Assembly: GCA_964016885.1 (NCBI GenBank)
Contig: OZ024754.1
Location: 26,846,001 to 26,910,000 of the forward strand
Length of the DNA: 64,000 nt
DNA from: Eledone cirrhosa
Lineage: Eukaryota
Reading direction: 5' to 3'
The notes below the pieces were generated by a model. The model made no database searches. It was not told the DNA's origin and was given only the letters and a program-made list of their open reading frames with translations. Of the stretch, positions 56,289-64,000 are shown one piece after another (the stretch's first letter is position 1; each line of letters starts with the position of its first letter). The translations under genes were made by a program, and so were the position numbers.

Positions 56289-59200
56289 GATTTACAAATG
56301 GAGATATCCACTTAGTTTTGACTAAACAAGATGAAAGGAAGCTCAATGTGTTTTCTTTAGATTATAAATAAAGGTTGCCATGAACACTACATGTCTGACA
56401 ATCTGACAAAAGAAGAAAGTACACTCTCAAACATCAACAAATACAGAACTGTAGAGGACAAAACAACAAACCATGATACATTTGGACTTTTTCCCATTCT
56501 ATCAACGCAGTAATTCAACAATGGAACAACACTATTAATAAGGAAGTGTAAACCAAAACCAAAAACATCGTATGTCATCTAACATAAAACACAATTCCTT
56601 TCATACTGAAACTAGAGTTGCTTCCCTTGTCATGTAAGCGTCAAGGTATAACCAGTTACATTTGTAAAACAGTCAACACCAGCACAAATTAATATGAAAA
56701 TGAAAAGCTATTTATAGTGAAACTAGTTAGTAATAAACTAATTAGGTAATTATGACTGTTTCTGGAAACCTGATTTTTTCAGTACATGCTTCAAAAGGGA
56801 GTGGTAGTTTGGAAAACCGTCACCTTTACTAAGGAGTGGGTGATGCTGGTGGTCAAATGTTTAAGAAGTTTGCTTTGCAACTATTAGGTCCTGGGTTCAA
56901 TCCAACTATGTAGCAATTTGAGCAGGTATCATTCACCATAGTCTTGAGTCAATGCATGCCTAGTGAACGAAATTGGCTGGACAGAAACTGTTTGGAAGCA
57001 TGTCGGACAGACTGTCCCTGTAATTCAAAAGGCCAGCCTTGTCACACACTGTGTTATTCTGAATCTTCCAGGTAATTTCGTTAAAGATACACGTGTCTTT
57101 GGAATGCTCAGTCACTTACATGTTAATTTCATGAGCAAGCTGTTCCATTGATCAAACAACAGGAACACCCATCATCGAAACCAATGGAGATCCATTTGAG
57201 TCCAAAATAATATAGGAAACTCTGCTGAATTTTTTCATTTGAATGGACTGGACACAACTTACCACATGGTGCAGCGATCGAAACCATGATTTTATGGTCA
57301 TAAAACTTACCCCCTACTTAACCCTTTAGCATTTACATTACTCTCTCAATATATATACTAATATATTTTCGTAAAGGCTTTATCTCACATAATATCGAAT
57401 CTATGAGATTTTGATATTATTTTGAGAACAATACCTTAAGATCAGTATGAGTGGCGAGTTACGGCCGGCTTGAACAGAAAGAGCTAAAGGGCTAATCATT
57501 CACCTTCATAAAGATTTGTTACCTAAAACAAACGGCAGGATATGAACACTGAATATGAAGAGCTAGAAGAAATACTCTATGGCACCATGTCCAAAGCTCC
57601 CACCACTCTATAACTACCTGGGACTGGTACTTTATTTCATTGGCCCCGAAAAAACAAAAGGCAAAGTTTGCCATGCCAGAATTTGAACACAGATCACCAC
57701 AGAGGGCTGAAACAAATTCCACAAGGAGTTTTGCTCTATGTTCAATCCACCATATGGAACATATAAGCAAAACGTGTTTAGCTGGCTATGTCTAGTGTTG
57801 GCACATGATGACATGTCCAACCCATGCCTGCAGGGAAAACTGACTGATAATGATGATGATGAAATAAGAAGAGCTAGAAATATAATTTACCGATTTCAAA
57901 GCTTTTACTTTCCCCTTGAGTGCATTTTCTAGCTTATCATTTTCACCTTCAATAAAATTACTTCCAGGTGTGTCATGTGTTGTCTGGATACCTGCAAAAA
58001 AAAAAAAAAGATGTTAAAATATCATAATACCATTAACATCTTTGTTTTTCTGTCTGCCCCCACCACCCATATACATATTCTTCTCTTCTTCACCCACATA
58101 TTCCTGAAAGGCTTGTGGGGCAGAGACCGCAAACACTCCTTCCAGCAGTCCTGTCAGAATCACCAACTAATCCGGCTGGATACCCAAGCAAGACCAGCCA
58201 AGTTCATGGATGTTATCCAACTCTCTTGCTTGGGGATCTACCCTTGTACCTCCTGCCGGTTGGTTTTACCTGTAAAATCAGTCCAGTGATTCTTTCCTGA
58301 GACATTCTAACTACATGCTCATAGTATCTCCCATGAGGACAGTCTCAAGCATTCATCTAGTGAAGCCTTAAGCCCACACTGTAAAGTGGTCATGTAGGTG
58401 TCATGACAAAAAGCACCCAGTCCATACTGTAAAGAGGTTGTGTAGGTGTCAAGATAAAAAGCACCCAGTAGTCACTGTAAATGAAGTTGGCATTAGGAAA
58501 GGCACTATATTTAATACCCACAGCGCCCCAACCCTATTTCCAGAGAGACCTGCCTACACGCAAAATTATAAATAATATATAATAAATAAAATCGTTAATT
58601 TATATATAATAAATAATAATTATAAGTATGTACACGTACATACATATATGTATACAGACGTACAGTAGTATGTACATATATATATACATACATGCACACA
58701 TATATATATGCACGTATGGATTCACCGAACATTTATTATAATGCTCGGTGTGTTTGTAAACAAACATCCCGTATTAAGCCATAGTGTCTAGCAACCATCG
58801 TTGCTAGTTTGTTCAACACTGACAGAGGAACGCTGTACTAGTTTCAAGCTTATTAGCTATCGTCAGCAACGTATACCTTCCTGCTAGATTGTTGAACGTA
58901 TATACTCACGTTATGCATATTAACGGCTGAGTAGCCCAATTTGCATATCGAGTGGGTTAATCGGCCGGGTGCACCGAAAACGATAAACGGAAAAAATGAA
59001 ACGAAATTTCATTTCCCACTCTTAGTACGGCTGTTACTTAAATATAAGTATGTACACGTACATACATATATGTATACAGACGTACAGTAGCATGTACATA
59101 TATATACATACATAAGAGTGGGAAATGAAATTTCGTTTCATTTTTTCCGTTTATCGTTTTCGGTGGATCCGGCCAATTAACCCACTCGATATGCAAATTG

Positions 59201-61437
59201 GGCTGCTCAGCCGTTAATATGCATAAGGTGAGTATATACGTTCAACAATCTGGCAGGAAGGTATACGTTGCTGACGATAGCTAATAAGCTTGAAACTAGT
59301 ACAGCGTTCCTTTGTCAGTGTTGAACAAACTAGCAACGATGGTTGCTGGACACTACGGCTTAATACGGGATGATTGTTTACAAACACACCGAGCATTATA
59401 ATAAATGTTCGGTGAATCCATACGTGCATATATATATATGTGTGCATGTATGTATATATATGTACATACTACTGTACGTCTGTATACATATATGTATGTA
59501 CGTGTACATACTTATATTTAAGTAACAGCCGTACTAAGAGTGGGAAATGAAATTTCCTTTCATTTTTTCCGTTTAAATATAATAATTGTTTCTACTTTAG
59601 GCACAAGGCCAGCAAATACCCAGTACATTACTGGTACTTTATTTTATCGACCTCGTAAGGAAGAAAGGCAAAGTTAACCTCGGCGGGATTTGAACTCAGA
59701 CTGTAAAGGGACGTAACTATGCTAGAAAGTATGGCGTCCGATCCACTACCGATACTGCCAATCCAATATAATAAATATAATAATATATACTATGTATAAA
59801 TTATGTATCTTTTATTTTACTATATTTATATATATCATTTGATATTTGATATTCTACTATATCATATCTACCGCCCCCAGCGCCCCTTGGACCTTCTCAA
59901 AGCCCCCCCCCCCCCCCCGGTAGCCAGTAGCGCCCACTTTGAAAACCTCTGGTGTAAGCGGTTGAGTACTCCGCAGATCCGTGAAGCTTTAACATAAATT
60001 ACCGAACCCAATCATAGCGACATAATACATCACAAGGCTCGGCTTTTGAATTACAGATAGTATGAAGTGGTTGAGTACTCCGCAGACCAGTGTACCCGTA
60101 ACGTAATTCTGTATTACAGTATAAGTGGTAGAATATATTCCACTAGATACAACGTGACATTTGAATTAACGGTTAACTATTAAGTTTCATCTCAACGAAC
60201 ACCCACCCCCACAAAAAAAAAAAAAACCCAACTTCTACAGAAATGTTGTTATCGAATCATAAAAATATGCCGAATAAACAAAATTCACTTAAAATTGAAT
60301 ATTTGAAATGTGATCTGAAGGAATTTGGGATATGTAAAATAAAGTAAATGGGCATAACCTTTTTATGAATAATATATAATAGTAATAAAAATGACAATAC
60401 TAATAATTGTTTCTACTTTTGGCACAAGGCCATAATTACCCAATGCATTACTGGTACTTTATTTTATCGACCCTGTAAGGATGAAAGGCAAATTTCAGAA
60501 ATGTACGTTTTGAACAAGGTTTACGATTCTGTGAAAAAACAAACAAACAAAAAACAGAACTTTTTTTCTATTTAGGCTGCTATTTCTAGTATGTCAAAAT
60601 GCCACGTAGAAGTTCCCGTGTTCGTAACAAATATCAGAAGTATTTAATTATATAGTCTAAACATATGAACGTTAAGTTATCAACGTTTAAACAAACATTG
60701 ACTTCTTAGAATCTACGGCCTCCGTTATTTCTGACATAAACTTGAAATTATTATTGCTGACATTTAAGAAAAAAATATATATAATTTCATAAGATTCTGA
60801 GACATTTGATATCAACCCGGTTCTAGTTCAATTAAACAAAACCACATATTTTAAAGGCTTTCTATTTAAATTAAAATCTCCCGACATAATTTTATATAAG
60901 AACCATATGTTAAGTTAGTGTCTTAGAGAAATAATAAATACCTTTTAGTTAGTACCTCAAAATTCTTTATTCATATAAAACATGTTTAAAGTTTGACGGG
61001 GGGGGGGGGGGTCTTTCTCTTGCACTTTTTAAAAATTATTAATTTGTTCCTTTTGCAAATCACAAACATTATCATATATTTGGAGTTGTTATTGTCTATT
61101 TACTTTTGTAAATTATATATCATTCGGAAAGTGTCATCTATTATAGCTTCGGAAATAGGTTGACGATATCTTCAGAAGTCCGTCATATTTATAGATTATA
61201 AAAAGTCGAGAGTCCGACGGCTGAGCTCTTGCCGCTTCAACAGATAGTTCCAGACTAGTATCGAGTACTGTGTTGAGTAACTGTCTAACCAGTTTAAAAC
61301 TGATTTTATCTTGATATATACATACGACAAGATCTCAGTTATCGGGCCCCCAACTCTTTACAATACAATGTACTATCCAAAGTATCGAGTACTCTGCTGA
61401 ACAATGGTCTTAGTAGTTTAAACTGGTAAAAGCTTGA

Positions 61438-61515
<78 letters not shown>

Positions 61516-61967
61516 GATTAAACTAGAGTACAGTCGTGTTTCCTTGATACAAAAGCTACTTTTACAAATACATAAGTGTTCGTGTTTATGTCCCGTAACT
61601 TAGAGGTTTGACACACAAAAGAGGCCGATAAAATATGCAGCAAGCTTGAAAAATAAGTACTGGGTTGATGTGATCGACTTTAAGGCTGTGCCACAGTATG
61701 GCCTCAGTCTAATAACTGAAACAACTTAAAGAATTAATAAATAAAATTAATATAAATGTAAAAAACAAAACAAACGCAATTATATTACAAGTGAGATAAA
61801 GAAAAAATGTGAAGAAGAATGGGAAAATTTACAGTAAAGCAGTTATCTAGATTAAAAGAAATAGTTAAATATAATGATGATGATTACAACATTTTAAAGT
61901 ATTTTTTATATGAAGTAAATAACAAATAAAATACTTTACCGGGATCTTGTATATGTTGTCGCCTCAT
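51809..61967 (-). CDS. BET1: BET1 Golgi vesicular membrane trafficking protein (Qc-SNARE), 113 aa; complement(join(51809-51964,54500-54556,57891-57991,61940-61967))
   Basis: The spliced translation is MRRQHIQDPGIQTTHDTPGSNFIEGENDKLENALKGKVKALKSLSIDIGTEIRTQNTFLDQMDSDFEGSTGLLQKAMHRLKGITKQGHWKIWLYLFLFTLFVFGVCWLVVRSR*. It has an MRR start, the ENxxL..L..KV.A.KSLSI.IG.E...QN..L..MD..F..STG.L...M..LK SNARE motif and a C-terminal TM helix, all typical of BET1. Splice sites are canonical and phases are 1-0-0. Confidence 0.93.
52363..52572. mobile_element. piggyBac-type MITE copy
   Basis: TTAA-ccttttagcattt...aaatgataaagggtt; homologous to 43921-44125. Confidence 0.72.
52855..53390 (-). mobile_element. 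RTE-clade LINE 3' fragment
   Basis: Minus-strand frames give MGFLGRVFGVMLLDGVHRSEIRESLQVEPLL and GHILQAKPTGRRPRGRPQARCLDNI, typical of the RTE ORF C-terminus; frameshifted. Confidence 0.8.
53415..53690. repeat. Inverted repeat (~35-45-bp arms) enclosing a GC-rich ~190-bp segment adjoining the RTE fragment
   Basis: gaagactaggctattttagaggtggcctttact vs agtaaaggccacctctaaaaaagcctagtcttc. Confidence 0.7.
54500..54556 (-). CDS. BET1: BET1 exon 3
   Basis: ctttatattcacag|LSIDIGTEIRTQNTFLDQM|gtaagc. Confidence 0.93.
54760..55590 (+). mobile_element. Decayed RTE-type LINE: RT C-terminus plus PHD-like Cys/His segment
   Basis: EFKTGCPWELLYVDDLTLIAES..GPKVNLTKTKVLV..GKWPCSVCR..SILCPKCKLWVHKRCSGISG..FTCSSC..FCYLGD..GWKKFRELLP..KGRLYDACIRTAMLHGSGTW, with stops and frameshifts. 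Confidence 0.85.
56068..56230 (+). mobile_element. Family-1 SINE
   Basis: tcggtagagggtcggacgccatg...ctgagttcaaatcctgccgaggttaactttgcctttcatcc...ataaagtaccagt. Confidence 0.82.
57318..57495. mobile_element. piggyBac-type MITE copy (opposite orientation, internally deleted)
   Basis: TTAA-CCCTTTAGCATTT...gctaaagggctaa. Confidence 0.68.
57891..57991 (-). CDS. BET1: BET1 exon 2
   Basis: poly-T gcag|(G)IQTTHDTPGSNFIEGENDKLENALKGKVKALKS|gtaaat. Confidence 0.92.
58085..58330 (-). mobile_element. RTE-clade LINE 3' fragment
   Basis: Same family as 39395-39730 and 52855-53390. Confidence 0.72.
58830..58872 (-). ncRNA. Type I hammerhead ribozyme (sense to BET1 pre-mRNA)
   Basis: Exact reverse complement of the 59265-59307 motif. 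Confidence 0.78.
59265..59307 (+). ncRNA. Type I hammerhead ribozyme
   Basis: acgttg-CTGACGA-t agct aata agct t-GAAA-CTAG-TA-cagcgt. The core is intact, stem III (ACTAGT) is palindromic, GUA cleavage is predicted after 59301, and helix I extends outward (gttcaaca/tgttgaac). Confidence 0.8.
59584..59765 (-). mobile_element. Family-1 SINE
   Basis: Same consensus as 62793-62977; a partial copy is also at 60404-60492. Confidence 0.85.
61940..61967 (-). CDS. BET1: BET1 exon 1 coding part
   Basis: ATG AGG CGA CAA CAT ATA CAA GAT CCC G|gtaaag; MRRQHIQDP, phase 1 matching exon 2. Confidence 0.85.
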
Positions 61968-62609
61968 CTTTACAGCTGGTGTTTGTTATTGATCTGCACC
62001 AAACCAGTGTTAACGTCATCAGATTGTGTGTAAAAAACGTCATGAGAGTTATCTCGAATTTTATCATAACATAATTTAACTCAGACAATTTCACGTATTT
62101 TTTTTTATATCACTTCGTCTTGTTTTGATATACATATTTTAAAATAAATTTTATTGCAGTAAAATTATAATTTTTGAATTGTTTCTCTTCAATTAAGAAT
62201 TATTTATATTTATAAAAAATATATATTTGGAAAATTGTACGAAAGTAACAGTAGGTATCAACTCAACATGTTTCATATACACGTGTAATTCAACTAGTGG
62301 CATCTTGACAACTTTTCACATAAGAATTAACTTTCTGTAACTAATTTCAGTTATTAGACTGTGACGACGCTGGGGAATCGTCTTAATTTAGTCGTTCATA
62401 TCAACCCCAGTCTCCATTTCTGTTAGAAATTATTTTTTCCCCGTTTTTATTTTTACGCTTGCTTTCAACTAATCTGATCTCAGAAAGTGTTGCAAACGTT
62501 TTTTTTTCGTGGAAAAAAGGTGTGTCGGAAGAATCGTCGGAGTTTTCCATAAAATATTATATATATATTTCGTTTCTGAATTATTGGCAACATGACCCTC
62601 TCAAAGCAT

Positions 62610-62661
<52 letters not shown>

Positions 62662-62792
62662 TAGCTGAGGTACTCGGGAGCGGGTATTCCCAGTTCCCAT
62701 TAAAATGTCCAATGCCTCCCAGACCAAAAATGAAATCAAAATATAGGACAGATAATCAAAAGCGAAGACAAATTCATTTACGAAACAATAAT

Positions 62793-62977
62793 TGTTTCTA
62801 CTTTAGGCACAAGGCTAGCAATTACTCAGTGCATTACTGGTACTTTATTTTATCGACCCCGTAAGGATGAAAGGCAAAGTGAACCTCGGCGGGATTTGAA
62901 CTCAGATCGTAAAGGGACGTAACTATGCTGGAAAGCATGGCGTCCGACCCTCTACCGATACTGTCAATCCACCGCCC
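62793..62977 (-). mobile_element. Full-length family-1 tRNA-derived SINE with 16-bp target-site duplication
   Basis: TTTACGAAACAATAAT occurs at 62777-62792 and 62978-62993. The element starts gggcggtggattgacagtatcggtagag and has the B box gagttcaaatcc. Confidence 0.9.
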
Positions 62978-63189
62978 TTTACGAAACAATAATGCAAACA
63001 AATATTGTTGATTGCATTGGTCAGGCGAAAAAATGTTTGCAAGAGAAGTTATGTTGCTATAAGGAAAAAAATAGAACCCCCATTAGGGAGTTTCATTGCT
63101 GACATTTTGTGAATAGGCATCATATCTTGTCATTTACCTATGGCATTTTTCTTTTTTGTTCTCTTTCGTGGGTATCGTTGTTGATTTTT

Positions 63190-64000
63190 TTCCCGATCTC
63201 GCTGAGATTGAATAGCGAGTCGATCAAGACTTTTAACGGCAAAGGAGATGTTGTGGCCTGGTTGAGAAAGGTCACATTGGTCGCCTCGCTGCAAGGCATT
63301 GACAACGTTGCTGGTTTGTTCGCTCTATATCTCGACGGGGATGCCCTAGCACTGTACCTCGAGATGGACGAGAGCGACAACTGAATGCGGGGGGGGGGGG
63401 GCGTTAGGGCAGCGACTTAAGGAAGCGTTCGCCGAGAGGCCGTACGCTGCTTTTGCCAAGCTAGGAAGAGCGAGATGGCAGGGAGAGCACGTGGACGTGT
63501 CCGCGACAGAGTTACGGCAGTTGGGTACGTTGGCCGGATTCGCGGTAGATCGCGAATGCTCCGTGCGGTTGGCTTTTATGAACGGGTTGCCCGACGAAAT
63601 CTCCGTGAAGCTCCAACAGCTGCCCGGCAACAGGGAGATGAGCATGAGTGAGCTCATCGCACAGGCCCGTGTAATAACACAGGATACGAAGTGGAGTGTT
63701 GCAGCGCTGGTAGCGACGGAAGCCCATCGCAGTCGACAGCGACCGACGTATGACGAAAGGAGACCAGCCGCTGTGAATAGTCGTCCGCGTGCGTTCTGAG
63801 ACCGGTGCTTCAGGTGCCAGGGCCCGCACATGGCAAGGAACTGCAGAGAGCCGAAGCCAGCTATAGTCTGCTATCGCTGCAAGCGGCCAGGCCACCTCGC
63901 AAATAATTGCGACCAGGGAAATGGTCTAAATGGGGCTACGCCGGTTGCCACCCTAGAGGCGAGTAGAGGCGCCTTTGCAGTCGCTGCCCGTAGTGGAAGT
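63190..64000 (+). pseudogene. Decayed Ty3/Gypsy LTR-retrotransposon gag with two zinc knuckles, running toward pol at the window edge
   Basis: IKTFNGKGDVVAWLRKVTLVASLQGIDNVAGLFALYLDGDALALYLEM, then a stop and poly-G frameshift, then RLAFMNGLPDEISVKLQ, an in-frame TGA at 63797, [13 protein letters not shown] and [14 protein letters not shown], then QGN. GC-rich relative to the host DNA. Confidence 0.85.

Larger units (their letters stand above)
58621..59575. mobile_element. 422-bp hammerhead-containing retrozyme/Penelope-like unit present as two inverted, greater-than-unit-length copies
   Basis: The left arm 58621-59113 repeats with period 422 (tataagtatgtacacg at 58621 and 59043). The right arm 59113-59575 is its reverse complement, also period 422 (taagagtgggaaatg at 59113 and 59535). 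Confidence 0.85.

Noticed and set aside
59870-59952. hAT-like terminus (cccactttgaaaacctctg)
   Set aside because: Only one end was seen, with no partner TIR or 8-bp TSD identified.
61140-61182. Minus-strand CTGAAGA...GAAG motif
   Set aside because: There is no GAAA and no supporting stems.
61940-62067. Signal-peptide-like first exon MIKFEITL... of a separate gene
   Set aside because: The phase 2 end does not fit the next exon; the MRR frame (phase 1) gives a coherent BET1.

Overview
This is AT-rich eukaryotic genomic DNA. Its tRNA-derived SINEs, RTE/CR1 LINE debris and (TA)n microsatellites look like an octopod cephalopod (inference). Bases 1-~37,110 are a giant 15-bp minisatellite, (AACACTACCATCACC)n, with kb-scale higher-order duplications; the huge minus-strand 'VMVVL/GDGSV' ORFs are artefacts of it. 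The remaining 27 kb holds two convergent spliced genes that the ORF track misses. The first is six phase-compatible + strand exons (38227-44712) encoding the C-terminus of an F5/8-type C (discoidin)-like domain followed by an uncharacterised Asp-box-like domain; the minisatellite probably sits in one of its introns. The second is a complete four-exon BET1 SNARE gene on the - strand (61967-51809). The most notable unexplained signal is a dense set of minimal type I hammerhead ribozyme motifs (about nine, from several families) with palindromic stem III. Two carry a U3-A8 core covariation, and one lies in a 422-bp circularly permuted, retrozyme-like unit arranged as a fold-back in BET1 intron 1. 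Also present are a truncated CR1-type LINE with a nearby empty-site paralog, RTE fragments, piggyBac-type MITEs, SINEs, several long hairpins, and a decayed Ty3/Gypsy gag at the right edge.
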